Position numbers and translations under genes: made by a program
Shown here: in pieces, positions 22,826 through 33,191 of the stretch
Numbering within the stretch: position 1 is the first letter of the stretch
Layout: each line of letters starts with the position of its first letter
Notes under the pieces: generated by a model
The model's database searches: none
What the model was told of the DNA's origin: nothing
Seen by the model: the letters and a program-made list of their open reading frames with translations, nothing else
NCBI GenBank assembly: GCA_963740355.1
Contig: CAVUDW010000002.1
Span: 1,760,001-1,824,000, forward strand
Direction of reading: 5' to 3'
DNA from: an uncultured Gemmatimonadaceae bacterium
GTDB taxonomy: Bacteria > Gemmatimonadota > Gemmatimonadetes > Gemmatimonadales > Gemmatimonadaceae
DNA: 64,000 nucleotides

Positions 22826-24130
22826 GTGGAGCCCGTCGGCCTGATATCCGCAGGCGACGGTCGCGCAGCGCTCGAGGAACGGGCGTACCGTCGCGTCACA
22901 CTGCGGCTGGTGCCATTCCTGCTCCTGTGCTACGTGGTGGCGTATCTCGATCGTGTGAACGTGGGTTTTGCGAAGCTGCAGATGCTGAAGGACCTGCAGA
23001 TGAGCGAGACGGCATACGGCATCGGCGCCGGGATCTTCTTCATCGGCTATTTCCTCTTCGAGGTGCCGAGCAACCTGATCCTGCATCGCACCGGCGCGCG
23101 TGTCTGGATTGCGCGGATCATGATCACCTGGGGCCTGCTGTCGGCGGCGACGATGTTCGTCACCAGCGCCTACGCCTTCTATGGCGTGCGATTCCTGCTT
23201 GGCATCGCCGAGGCAGGGTTCTTCCCGGGGATCATCTTCTACCTCACGCAGTGGTATCCCTCATCACGGCGCGGCCGCATCATGGCGTTGTTCATGACGG
23301 CGGTGGCGATCTCCGGCGTGATTGGTGGACCGGTCTCGGGATGGATCCTTGGCGCGATGGCGGGCGTCAACGGCTGGGCCGGATGGCAGTGGTTGTTCTT
23401 GCTGGAGGGTATTCCATCACTGCTGATGGGCATCGCGGTGTATTTCTACCTTGATGATTCGATCGCCACGGCGCGCTGGTTGCCGCAGGACGAACGCGAA
23501 CTGCTGACGGACAACCTGCGACAGGAGGCGGCTGGCGAGGAGCATGCCAGCGTACTGGTGACACTGCGCAATCCGCGTGTATTGCTGCTGGCTGCCTTGT
23601 ATTTCTGCATCGTCATGGGGTTGTACGGCATCGCGTTCTGGCTGCCGCAATTGATTCGCACAATGGGTGTGGAGGACGCCGGACGCGTCGGGTTGCTGAG
23701 CGCGATTCCGTACGGCGTCGCGGCCGTGGTGATGGTCGCAGTCGGCCGGAGTTCGGATCGCCGACGCGAGCGCCGGTGGCACCTGGCGGCCGGAGCCTAC
23801 GCCGGTGCCGCTGGGTTGATCGTGGCCGGCCTCTTCAGCACCTCACTCCTGATCGGCCTGTCAGCGATGTGTGTGGCAACGGCAGGGGTACTGGCCGCCG
23901 CGCCGCTGTTCTGGACGCTGCCGACAGCATCACTGCGTGGTGCCTCGGCGGCGGCGGGCATTGCGGTCATCAACTCGGTCGGCAACCTCGCAGGATTCCT
24001 GAGCCCATACCTGATCGGACTCGCACGTGATCTCACGGGACAGGCGACGGTTGGACTGTACGCGATTGCGGCCTTCATGTTCGTCGGAGGCCTGCTTGCG
24101 TTCCCCGCCACGAGGCCACGCTCCGGATGA
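22826..24130 (+). CDS. MFS transporter, anion:cation symporter (TtuB-like) family
   Basis: AYLDRVNVGFA, FEVPSN, WIARIMITWG, EAGFFPG and WQWLFLLEG motifs, about 12 TM helices. Confidence 0.92.
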   Translation: MEPVGLISAGDGRAALEERAYRRVTLRLVPFLLLCYVVAYLDRVNVGFAKLQMLKDLQMSETAYGIGAGIFFIGYFLFEVPSNLILHRTGARVWIARIMITWGLLSAATMFVTSAYAFYGVRFLLGIAEAGFFPGIIFYLTQWYPSSRRGRIMALFMTAVAISGVIGGPVSGWILGAMAGVNGWAGWQWLFLLEGIPSLLMGIAVYFYLDDSIATARWLPQDERELLTDNLRQEAAGEEHASVLVTLRNPRVLLLAALYFCIVMGLYGIAFWLPQLIRTMGVEDAGRVGLLSAIPYGVAAVVMVAVGRSSDRRRERRWHLAAGAYAGAAGLIVAGLFSTSLLIGLSAMCVATAGVLAAAPLFWTLPTASLRGASAAAGIAVINSVGNLAGFLSPYLIGLARDLTGQATVGLYAIAAFMFVGGLLAFPATRPRSG

Positions 24131-24287
24131 GGAAGCTTTAGTGTATGTCGTTGGCATGAAATGAGTTAGCGTTAGCTAATACCCTTCGATCTTCTCAAGC
24201 GTCAGGCACGTTTTGCCGAAACTTCAGTGGCAGACGGGCGCGCACGACTGCCGCAGCCCACTGTGTTTATTCTCGCGAAGATTCAGC

Positions 24288-25784
24288 GTGTCCTCATTCA
24301 AGTTCGATGCGGTGCAGGGAATGCTCTGCGTGACGCTCCTCGTGCCAACGCTCCTGCAGGCGCAATCCGGAACGCCGGTGGTGACAGGGCGAACAGCTGT
24401 CTCTGACACTGCGCAGAAGCCGGTCGCGAAGCCCAGTGTCGTCGCGGCGCCAAAGCCGGTCGCAAAGGTGGAGTACAAGAATCTGCGATTCGACGAGGTG
24501 TACGCGCGCAACGCAGCCTCGTCACACTGGGATGATCGGATCAAGGCGATCCCGATCGCACCACACGTTGCGCTGACGATCGGCGGGCAGGTGCGCGCGC
24601 GGCAGGAATTTGCGCGCTCCTTCAATCTTGCCCCGGTCAGCGATGACTACACGCTCTCGCGCACCTTGCTCAATGCCGAGCTGCTGGCCGGTGATCAGCG
24701 GCGGTTGCACGGGCGCCTCTTTGGTGAGTTCCGCGACGCGCAGGCTTTCAGTCGCGACCTCCCTGGCGGTACGCGGCCGCAGGATGGTGATCGCAGCGAC
24801 GTGCAGAACCTCTTCGGTGAGCTCGCGTTCGATAAGTCGTACCTGCGAGTTGGGCGTCAGGAGGCAGTGACGGGGCGCGAGCGCCTGATCGGCGTGCCGG
24901 ATTGGTCGAACACGCGCCGTGCATTCCAGGGCGTCCGCGCGATGCTGGTGTCGCGTCAAGTTTCATTCGATGCACTCGGTGCGCGCCCGGTCGTCGTTCG
25001 CCAGACCGCGCCGAACATCGCGGACTCCGTGACGCGTTTCATCGCGCTGACGCTGGGCAACGCACCGGGGGCGAAGGCGCTGGCTCGCGGCCTGCCTGCC
25101 ACGTGGCAGACCTACTGGACCGAGCAGCGCATCACCACTGCCACGCCCACCCGTCGCATCACGTCGGGTGGGCGTGTCGCGTGGACAGTTGCTGGCGCCT
25201 CCAAGACATCGCAGAGCTTCGGCCTCGAGTCGGAAGGGGCGGTGCAACGCGGCTCGGTTGGTGCGCGCGCCATCCATGCGTGGTTCTGGACGGTCGAAGG
25301 CTCCACGCAGTGGCGCCGTGTGCGTGGCAAGCCAAGCATTGCGCTTGGACTCGAGGAAGCAAGTGGCGACAGGAACGCGGCTGATTCACGGGTCGAGTCG
25401 TTCAACGCGCTGTACGCGGCCGCGCATGCGCACGGCGGCTATGCCGATGTGTTCGGCCGCGCGAATGCCCGCGAACTGCACGTCATTTCGAGTTGGGAAC
25501 CCATCAAGCCCGTGAGCCTCCGCGCATCGTGGCATCGCTACGATCGCCTGCGACTGGACGACGGCATCTACAACAAGCAGAACACGTTGCTGCGTGCAGC
25601 CTCTGCATCAACGGAACGTCATGCCGGTGACGAAGTCGATCTCACCGGCACCTACAGCCTCACGCGGCACCTGAAGGTGATCTTCGGTCATGCGTGGGTG
25701 GAGCCCGGTGCCTTCCTGCGCGAGACGCCAGGTGGTGCAACCGCCGAACGCTGGGGCTTTCTCGGCACAACGTTCACGTTCTGA
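24288..25784 (+). CDS. Alginate-export (AlgE-like) family outer-membrane beta-barrel porin
   Basis: Signal peptide, GGQVRAR, GRQE...ERLIG..DWSNT.R, ASGD and G.E.D motifs, and a C-terminal aromatic pattern ending FTF. Start uncertain. Confidence 0.8.
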   Translation: MSSFKFDAVQGMLCVTLLVPTLLQAQSGTPVVTGRTAVSDTAQKPVAKPSVVAAPKPVAKVEYKNLRFDEVYARNAASSHWDDRIKAIPIAPHVALTIGGQVRARQEFARSFNLAPVSDDYTLSRTLLNAELLAGDQRRLHGRLFGEFRDAQAFSRDLPGGTRPQDGDRSDVQNLFGELAFDKSYLRVGRQEAVTGRERLIGVPDWSNTRRAFQGVRAMLVSRQVSFDALGARPVVVRQTAPNIADSVTRFIALTLGNAPGAKALARGLPATWQTYWTEQRITTATPTRRITSGGRVAWTVAGASKTSQSFGLESEGAVQRGSVGARAIHAWFWTVEGSTQWRRVRGKPSIALGLEEASGDRNAADSRVESFNALYAAAHAHGGYADVFGRANARELHVISSWEPIKPVSLRASWHRYDRLRLDDGIYNKQNTLLRAASASTERHAGDEVDLTGTYSLTRHLKVIFGHAWVEPGAFLRETPGGATAERWGFLGTTFTF

Positions 25785-25811
25785 TCGTTTCTCACCCGCT
25801 CTTCACAAGCC

Positions 25812-27857
25812 ATGATTCGAAAGTATTCAGTCGGCGCTCGCCTGATCGGCAGCTTCGCCTTGCTGCTCACGCTGATGCTCGCCATCGGCGGCATCGCGAC
25901 CCTGCGCGTGCGCGCACTCCGCACGGCGATGGAGGTCGTGACACGTGACGTCGCGGCCCGCGCCTCCGCCGCGCACGGCCTGATCGATGCAGTGAATGAG
26001 GCGGCGCGTGCCAAGCTGACGTTGTTCGCTGCCACGTCTCCCGAGCTGATCGCGCAGAGCACCGACGAGGTGGCCGCAGCGCGCAAGTCGATCAACACCT
26101 CGTACGCGCGTCTCGACACGCTGCTCGGGGACTCGACACGCGTGGATACCGCGGCCCAGACGCGTCTGGCCGCGATCAAGGAGCTCCGCAAGGTGCACGC
26201 GGCTGCATTCGATTCGGCTGCGGCGGCGCGCAAGCGCGGTGACATCGCGGCCGCGGAACGTGACCTGCAGCAGCATGTACTGCCGAGCCTGCGCGAGTAT
26301 GTGTCGGCGATCCAGGCCTTGGTGGCGCTGGAGGACGATAGCATGAAGGCGCAGGCGGCGCTGGTGGACGCGCAGGCCAGTCGCGGCCTGTTGTTGATCG
26401 CGATCCTGCTCGCTGCCGCGGTATTGCTCGGGGTGCTGGTGGCGCGCGCGATCTTCTTCAGCATCACGCGGCCGCTCGCCGAGCTCACGGCTGCGGCTGA
26501 GCGGCTCTCGGTAGGCGATTGCGAGATCAACCTGGCCGTCGATGGCGCGCGAGACGAGGTGGCCACACTGAGCGCGGCCATTCAACGCATTGCAGCGGCC
26601 GATCATGCGCTGGCGAACGTGGCGCAGCGCCTGTCAGACGGCGACGTGTCGGTGGCCGTGTCGGTACGCGGCGATCGAGACGTGCTGGGTGCGGCCATGC
26701 AGACGTTGAAGCAGACCCTGATGGCGCTCGAAGGTGTGATGGTCGATGCCACCAAGGCGGCCCGCGATGGTCGTCTGGCCGAGCGTGCCGACGACACACA
26801 GTTCTCTGGCGCATTCGGGGAACTGGTCCGTGGCATGAACGCGACGGTGAATGCACTCCTCGAGCCGGTGGCGGCCGCCCGGGAGACGTTGGCGCAGCTC
26901 GCCGCACGCAACCTGGCGGCGCGTATGCCGGATGGCTTCGCTGGCGATCACGCGGTGCTGGCGAACTCGCTCAACGCCGCCGCCGGTGAGCTGGACAAGA
27001 CACTGGCCAACGTGGCGTCGGCCGCGCAGCAGGTGAATGCCGCCTCGGTGCAGATCGCGGACGGCAGCCAGGCCCTCGCGCGTGGGGCAACCGAGCAGGC
27101 CGGGTCACTCGAGGAGGTGTCAGCGCAGCTCAGCGAGCTGGGGTCGTCGACGCGGCTGAATGCCAGCAACGCCGACGAGGCCGCATCGCTGATCGTTGCG
27201 GCGCAGCAGAGCTCGAGCACTGGCGTGCTCACCATGGAGCAGCTCTCCGCCGCCATCCTGCGGATCAAGCAGACCAGTGACGCAACGGCGAAGATCGTGC
27301 GCACCATCGATGAAATCGCGTTCCAGACCAACCTGCTCGCGCTCAATGCGGCCGTCGAGGCCGCGCGTGCCGGCGATTCTGGTCGAGGCTTTGCCGTGGT
27401 GGCCGAGGAGGTGCGATCACTGGCACTGCGTAGCGCGGAGGCGGCGAAGCAGACGTCGGCGTTGATCGACGAATCGGTGTCGAGCACGAATGACGGCGTC
27501 GCGCTCAATGGCGTGGTGCTGGAACGACTGGCTGACATCGACACACGTGTCGCGCGCGCCAGCACGGTGATTGCCGAGATTGCGCGGGCCAGCGTCGAGC
27601 AGCGCGATGGCATCGAGCAGATCGGTCAGGCCGTCGAATTGATGAACGGCGTCACGCAGCAGGTGGCGGCCAATGCCGAGGAGTCGGCCAGTGCCGCCGA
27701 GGAACTCGCCAGCCAGGCCACGATGCTCTCGGCGCTGGTCGACGAGTTCCAGCTGACGGTAGAGGCACCGGTGCATGGGTATCCGGCGGGCCGACCACCG
27801 CGCCGGCCCCGTGCCGTGCGAACGGCTGGCGGACGCGCGACTGCCGCGTTCGTGTGA
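25812..27857 (+). CDS. Methyl-accepting chemotaxis protein
   Basis: Two TM helices flanking a helical periplasmic domain, HAMP repeats, and [32 protein letters not shown]. Confidence 0.95.
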   Translation: MIRKYSVGARLIGSFALLLTLMLAIGGIATLRVRALRTAMEVVTRDVAARASAAHGLIDAVNEAARAKLTLFAATSPELIAQSTDEVAAARKSINTSYARLDTLLGDSTRVDTAAQTRLAAIKELRKVHAAAFDSAAAARKRGDIAAAERDLQQHVLPSLREYVSAIQALVALEDDSMKAQAALVDAQASRGLLLIAILLAAAVLLGVLVARAIFFSITRPLAELTAAAERLSVGDCEINLAVDGARDEVATLSAAIQRIAAADHALANVAQRLSDGDVSVAVSVRGDRDVLGAAMQTLKQTLMALEGVMVDATKAARDGRLAERADDTQFSGAFGELVRGMNATVNALLEPVAAARETLAQLAARNLAARMPDGFAGDHAVLANSLNAAAGELDKTLANVASAAQQVNAASVQIADGSQALARGATEQAGSLEEVSAQLSELGSSTRLNASNADEAASLIVAAQQSSSTGVLTMEQLSAAILRIKQTSDATAKIVRTIDEIAFQTNLLALNAAVEAARAGDSGRGFAVVAEEVRSLALRSAEAAKQTSALIDESVSSTNDGVALNGVVLERLADIDTRVARASTVIAEIARASVEQRDGIEQIGQAVELMNGVTQQVAANAEESASAAEELASQATMLSALVDEFQLTVEAPVHGYPAGRPPRRPRAVRTAGGRATAAFV

Positions 27858-27886
27858 GGCTCCGAAGGCTCGAGCCCTGATGGAAG

Positions 27887-27934
27887 CATGGAAGCCCCGA
27901 TCGCTTCGTACATCACGCGGTCGGGGCTTCCATG
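27887..27934. terminator. Terminator hairpin between convergent MCP and SusD genes
   Basis: 14-bp stem CATGGAAGCCCCGA / TCGGGGCTTCCATG. Confidence 0.75.
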
Positions 27935-27991
27935 TTCTGCGGGCTGCGCGCATCAACACTGTGCGCAGCCCGCGTCGATTACCAGGTCAAC

Positions 27992-29383
27992 TTACGGGTT
28001 GCGGTCAGTGCAACCGGTGTAGGCCGTGTTGTTGCGCTCGGCGAACGACGGCGTGAGTGTCACGTCCGAGCCGTACGTGCCACCCTTGAAGTAGGCGCCC
28101 GTCGGCCAGACCGTCGCCGCGGTGCGACCGTACTGACGCTGCAGGCGACGCAGGTCGCCAACACGGGTGGCCGTGAGGTAGAACCAGAACGCGCGCTCGC
28201 GGAAGGTGAGCGAGACACGGGCATCGGCTGTCCCTGGATCCACCAGCGGCGGCAGCACGAGGGCTGAGGCGCTGATGTTCCGCAACGTGCGCACGGTTGC
28301 GTCGCTCCGTGCTTCGTTCAGCTTGGCGAGCCAGGTCACTGGATCACCAGCCTGCAACGCCGCTTCGGCTTCGATCATCCGCGCAGTGACACCGCTGACA
28401 AGTGTGCTCGGTGCACCACCGTTCGCGTAGCCGAGGATCGTGTACACCGGCGTCGAACCATCCTGACCGAGACGCGTGGTCGTGGAGGTCTGCACGCGCG
28501 GATCGAGGGCAGTGCGGAAGTTCAATCCATTGCCACCTTCCTGATCCGACGGGCCGAAGTTGGCCGTATTCACCATCCAGTCGAACACCGTGTTGACCAG
28601 CGTGGTCTGCGAGAACTCCACGGCGTACTGCCAGCTCGTCGGGACGGCGATCGAGCCTGCACCGTCGCCACCTGCTGCGACGGTGGCCCCTGCGGCCGCG
28701 TACCGCGCCAGGTTCAGCTGCGCACGGGCCTTCGCCACGCGTGCCAGGTAGCGGAAGTTCTGGTCCGCTGCCGTCGTGCCCAGCACTGTCAGCGCGCTGT
28801 CAGCCTGCACGATCGCACGCTCGAACATCTGCGTGGTCGTGAACAGCGTCGCCGCCTCCGGGGCCGCATCGTCAACCGACGAAATCGGCACACCGTTGCA
28901 GAACAGTTCACCGGCGATGCTGAGCGTGATGCCCTGCAACGCGTAGAGCTGGCCGATCTGCTGGCTGCGGGTGGCGCTGGCGGGCACGAACTCGTTCAAG
29001 GCACGCACGGCGCGGATGTTCTGCGTGTACGTGTCTGAGAACTTGTTCCATGCCGCGGCGGGGAAGGTGTTCTCGTTGAACGCGCGCTGATCGATGTGAT
29101 CGGCGCCCGGTCGGGCATTGATCAACTCGTCGCTCAGCAGGCCGACATAGATGTTGATGCCGACGTTGGTCGTGCCGCCGAAGAACTGTGCGAAGTCGCG
29201 CAGTGCACCGGCCCGGATCGCGGCCGCGCCGTTGGGGCTGGCGGCATCGATCGGTCGGATCTGGTCGGGTGTCTCGACAGCCAGCAACTCGGTACGGGAG
29301 CAGGCTGCCACACCGAGCGCGAGGCTCGCTGCGACCAGCACCGCCCGGCGCGCGGATCGCGGCGGATGGAATGTTGCACGCAT
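27992..29383 (-). CDS. SusD/RagB-family nutrient-binding lipoprotein
   Basis: Lipobox VAAC, LSDE, ELFCNGVP, MIEAEA and ERAFW...R.GDLRR motifs. Lies 3 nt downstream of susC. Confidence 0.88.
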   Translation of the reverse strand: MRATFHPPRSARRAVLVAASLALGVAACSRTELLAVETPDQIRPIDAASPNGAAAIRAGALRDFAQFFGGTTNVGINIYVGLLSDELINARPGADHIDQRAFNENTFPAAAWNKFSDTYTQNIRAVRALNEFVPASATRSQQIGQLYALQGITLSIAGELFCNGVPISSVDDAAPEAATLFTTTQMFERAIVQADSALTVLGTTAADQNFRYLARVAKARAQLNLARYAAAGATVAAGGDGAGSIAVPTSWQYAVEFSQTTLVNTVFDWMVNTANFGPSDQEGGNGLNFRTALDPRVQTSTTTRLGQDGSTPVYTILGYANGGAPSTLVSGVTARMIEAEAALQAGDPVTWLAKLNEARSDATVRTLRNISASALVLPPLVDPGTADARVSLTFRERAFWFYLTATRVGDLRRLQRQYGRTAATVWPTGAYFKGGTYGSDVTLTPSFAERNNTAYTGCTDRNP

Positions 29384-29386
29384 GTG

Positions 29387-32300
29387 TTAGTACCCCAGGT
29401 TGACGCGCAGCGTCCAGTAACGGAGCAGCGGCGAGGAGAAGAAGTCGTTGTTGCCACCGCCGGTATTGGCGACGCTGCCGTTGGTCTCGGGATCGATGCC
29501 CGGATACTTGCTCCAGAGCAGGCCGATGTTGCGACCGACGACGGCCACCGTGGCGTTGCGGGACTTGATCTTCGAGGCGATCCAGGTCGGCATCGTGTAC
29601 GACACCGAGATCTCCCGGAAGCGAATGAAGTCGTTCTTCGTGAAGTAGCCCCAGACGCTGTTGCCGAGCAGCGCGCTGCCCGACGTCACGGCCGCGGCCT
29701 GATCGGCCAGTGGAGCAGTCGGATCGTTCACGGCGCGGCAGTTGCCCGAGATGCAGCGCTGGTTCTCGAAGCCCCACTGGTTGTAGTAGCCACCGCGATA
29801 GTCGATCAGCGCGCTGACCTGCAGCAGGTTGTTGAAGAAGCCCAACGTGTTCGACCAGCCGGCTTCCTTCGTCGGCAGCGTCGGGCCACGGTATTCGGCC
29901 GTGTCGCCAACGATGATCTCGCCTTCGGTGAGGATGCCGTCGCCGTTCGCGTCATTGTAGCTCTTGATCGGACGCGCCCAGAGGCCGAAGGTCGGATACC
30001 CGACCACGTTGCGGGCACCCTGCGTCACGGCCAGCTGCGCCGCGCCGGCATCGACCAGCTTGTTGGCGATGCGCGAACCGTTGATGCGCGTCGTCCACGT
30101 CAGGTACTTCCGGTCCAGCACCTTCCAGTCGATCGAGAGCTCGACGCCGGCGTTCTGCACGGCGGCGATGTTCTGCCACTGACTGGCGCCGGCGCCAAAG
30201 CTCGGCGGCAGCGGGTTCTGGAACAGCGCATCCTTCGACAGCTTGCGGAAATACGTCGCTTCCACGTTGGCGCGGCTGTTGAGCAGGCCGAAGTCGAAGC
30301 CGATTTCCGTCTCCGTCGTGACTTCCGGACGGAGGTCGCTATTGCCGATGGCGCCGAGACGCAGCGCACCGACCTCAGTGCCACCGAGCGGCACGGTGTT
30401 GGCGGTGAGGAACTGCAGGGCGGCAATGGTGCCCGGCTGCACGCCAGCCTGGCCCCAGGCGGCGCGGAAACGCAGGTTGCTGATCGCGTCGACCTGCGGG
30501 AACCACGACTCCTCGCTGACGACATACGACACGGCGGCACGCGGATAGATCGTGTTGCCCGCGTTGCGGCCGAAGGCGCTGTTCTGGTCGGTGCGTACGC
30601 TGCCCGTGAGATAGAGCCGCTCGCGCCAGCTCAGATCTTCCTGCAGGTACGCGCCGTACGTGGCATTCTCGGACGTGAACTCGCTCGACGTGCGGATGGA
30701 GGCGGAGTTCGGCGTCTGTGCACCCGGCGGCAGCGTGTAACCCTGCACGACGGTCTCGTACTGTGTGTCCTTGAACCACTGCGCACCGATGCTGGTCTTG
30801 GAGCTGATCACTGGTGTGAGCGTGAAGCTGGCCGTCGAGCCAAGGTCGACCGAGTAGCGCGAGAAGGCGCTGCGCGTGGCGTCCTTGCCACCCGTGCGGC
30901 CCGGAGGACCCCAGCCGGTGTTGGTGCCTTCGTTGGCGCGCGAGAAGCGATACGAATAGCCCTGCACCTGGTCGAGTCCGACCACCGCGCGACCCGTCAG
31001 CCACTCGAGCGGCTTCCAGTTCAGCTGCGTCGAGCCGGTGAAGCGCTGGTCACGGCGCGACTGCTCGACGGAGAGGATGTCACCCGTGAACTGCGCCGAG
31101 TTGCCGTTGAAGGCGGTCCGGAAGCCCGGCGCGAAGAACGTCTGGAACGACAGGCCGGCGAAGAAGCCGCCATCGAAGGGGCTCAGCAACGAGCGATCGA
31201 TGTAGCCCGTCGAGACGGCGAGATCGGCCTTCTTGCCGAGCGGGAACGTGAAGTTGCCACGCAGCGAGGTCTGCTCGAGCTGGTTCGGCTTGATCTGCTC
31301 ATCCGTCGGGCGTGAACCGCGCGACAGCGTGAGGCGATCGATTTCCGCCTGCGGCATCTGGTACGGGCCGGTTTCGTTGGTGCGCTCAACCGAGAAGAAG
31401 TACTTCAGGTTGTCGTTGCCACCGGAGACGTTCACGCCGACCTGCGAACGTGGCTGCGTCTTGAACGGTGTGGTCTCCGCGTTCATAAGCGGATTGAACG
31501 TCGTCAAGGAATCGCGCACGCAGCGACCCAGTGACTGGTCGCTGATGCGGCAGAGCACCGCAGCCGTGCCAGGCGTGCCGGCAACCACGTTGCGGCCCCA
31601 GGCGCGATAGTTATCGAAGAACTGCGCCGGCTGGCTGACCTGGCCGAACTCGAAGCTCGTATTCCAGCGCGGTGCGCCCGACTTGCCGCGCTTGGTCTTG
31701 ATCACCAGCACGCCGTTTGCGGCCGCGGTGCCGTAGAGCGCCGAGGCCGACGGGCCCTTGAGGATGTCGACCGACTCGATCTCCTCGGGATTGATGCCGC
31801 TGAAGTTGTTGATGCGCTGCGTCGAGTAGTTGCCTGAGGCGGGCGAGTTGTCGATACGCACACCATCGATGATGATCAGCGGTTCGTTCGAGAGCGACAG
31901 GGAGCTGGTGCCGCGAATGCGGATCGAGGACGAGGTGCCGGTCTGGCCTGCGCCCTGCACGATCTGTACGCCGGCAATGCGGCCCTGCAGCAACTCGTTG
32001 ACACTGGTGACCGCTGCCTTCGCCATCAGCGAATCGGCGTTGACCGTCGCCACCACGTTGCCGTAGGAACGTCGTGATTGCTCACCGGTCGCTGTCGTGA
32101 CGACGGCATCGAGCAGCTTGACGGCCTGCTCGAGTGCAAAGTCGGCGGTGGTCTCACCGTCCGTCGCGCGCACTACGCGGGTGATGGGCTGGTAGCCCAG
32201 GCGCAGCACACGAATCGTGAGAGTGCCGGCCGTGATACCGCGCACGGTGAAGCGGCCATCGGCATCGCTCAACGCGCGCAGGCGCGTGCCTTCGATGATG

Positions 32301-32440
32301 ATCTGTGCCGAGGGGAGTGGTGTATTCGTCGCACGTTCCGTCACACGACCCCGCACGACCCCCGACTGCGCACGCGCAATCGCTGGTGGTGACAGGAGGG
32401 TCGCGCACAGGACGCCGATCATCCAACGAGTAGTTCGCAT
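29387..32440 (-). CDS. SusC/RagA-family TonB-dependent outer-membrane transporter
   Basis: Carboxypeptidase-regulatory-like N-terminus, IRIRG..SL...NEPL...DG, IESVDILKGPSASALYGTAAANGV, N.DL.PE, and a terminal aromatic residue. RBS GAGGAAG before ATG 32440. Confidence 0.95.
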   Translation of the reverse strand: MRTTRWMIGVLCATLLSPPAIARAQSGVVRGRVTERATNTPLPSAQIIIEGTRLRALSDADGRFTVRGITAGTLTIRVLRLGYQPITRVVRATDGETTADFALEQAVKLLDAVVTTATGEQSRRSYGNVVATVNADSLMAKAAVTSVNELLQGRIAGVQIVQGAGQTGTSSSIRIRGTSSLSLSNEPLIIIDGVRIDNSPASGNYSTQRINNFSGINPEEIESVDILKGPSASALYGTAAANGVLVIKTKRGKSGAPRWNTSFEFGQVSQPAQFFDNYRAWGRNVVAGTPGTAAVLCRISDQSLGRCVRDSLTTFNPLMNAETTPFKTQPRSQVGVNVSGGNDNLKYFFSVERTNETGPYQMPQAEIDRLTLSRGSRPTDEQIKPNQLEQTSLRGNFTFPLGKKADLAVSTGYIDRSLLSPFDGGFFAGLSFQTFFAPGFRTAFNGNSAQFTGDILSVEQSRRDQRFTGSTQLNWKPLEWLTGRAVVGLDQVQGYSYRFSRANEGTNTGWGPPGRTGGKDATRSAFSRYSVDLGSTASFTLTPVISSKTSIGAQWFKDTQYETVVQGYTLPPGAQTPNSASIRTSSEFTSENATYGAYLQEDLSWRERLYLTGSVRTDQNSAFGRNAGNTIYPRAAVSYVVSEESWFPQVDAISNLRFRAAWGQAGVQPGTIAALQFLTANTVPLGGTEVGALRLGAIGNSDLRPEVTTETEIGFDFGLLNSRANVEATYFRKLSKDALFQNPLPPSFGAGASQWQNIAAVQNAGVELSIDWKVLDRKYLTWTTRINGSRIANKLVDAGAAQLAVTQGARNVVGYPTFGLWARPIKSYNDANGDGILTEGEIIVGDTAEYRGPTLPTKEAGWSNTLGFFNNLLQVSALIDYRGGYYNQWGFENQRCISGNCRAVNDPTAPLADQAAAVTSGSALLGNSVWGYFTKNDFIRFREISVSYTMPTWIASKIKSRNATVAVVGRNIGLLWSKYPGIDPETNGSVANTGGGNNDFFSSPLLRYWTLRVNLGY

Positions 32441-32673
32441 GTCCGCTTCCTCAGGTGTATTGGGGCGGTCCCGGCGTTCCGGTCGCCCATGTGTTGCTTG
32501 GGATCCGCGCATGTCGCGGATCGCGGCGGCACTGCGGTGATTTGCTCAAGGATGACACGCGCGTTTTCGCCCTTGCTGCATGCGAACTCGACGTCGTCCA
32601 GTGCACCTCTGGTGTCATGTGTGAGGGGAGACGCGCGACGGCGCGCGGGGCAGGGAGGGATCGATGCGGGGCG

Positions 32674-32708
32674 AAAACAGAAGCCCGCGAGACTGGTGTC
32701 TCGCGGGC
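32674..32708 (-). terminator. Intrinsic terminator about 240 nt upstream of susC
   Basis: 11-bp perfect stem GCCCGCGAGAC / GTCTCGCGGGC, followed on the minus strand by TTCTGTTTT. Confidence 0.75.
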
Positions 32709-33191
32709 GGCGTTGTGCTGGTGTCGGGCCAGCCAATCGGCGAACGCGCGAGACTACATGCGCTCTCGATTGGAGCGCATCGACGCGCAACAGTTCTTGT
32801 TGCGCGGGGTATTGGCGTTGGCACGTTTCACGAGCGCCAGTCTCGTGCAATCGATATCGATGTGTCAAGTGCGATGCGCAGCACACTGCATCGCGAGGCG
32901 TCGACGCTCACACCACTCTGCATCGCGCCCGATTCGACCTCGCGCAGCCACTCGGCTCGGCTGCACAGAGGGAAGTCACACAAAAGACAGTCCTGTCGTT
33001 TTGTGGTGCGGAATCAAACTCTACGCGAAGATTTGCAGCGGCGTTGAAGGGTCTGATATATCTTCGCCGTCGCACCGCATAAATTCGTCCGCGCACTGAT
33101 CTGATGTTTCAGCCGGTTGACGCATCCCGGGCGTGGAGCGAAACCCATCGAACGTACGGCATACTCATCTGCCGCGTTCGACGGCTTTTGC

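Noticed and set aside
22820..22830. TGA readthrough fusing the dipeptidase to the in-frame MFS
   Set aside because: Both are complete stand-alone families, and a Tat-exported enzyme fused to an MFS N-terminus is topologically implausible. Translational coupling is sufficient.
21659..23086. 475-aa minus-strand ORF
   Set aside because: Antisense shadow of the M19 dipeptidase and MFS genes.
29096..31315. 739-aa plus-strand ORF
   Set aside because: Antisense shadow of susC caused by GC-biased codon usage, with no motifs.
32455..33099. Protein-coding ORFs in the susC upstream gap
   Set aside because: Several overlapping Arg/Cys-rich ORFs with no codon bias or motifs. A non-coding structured region fits better.
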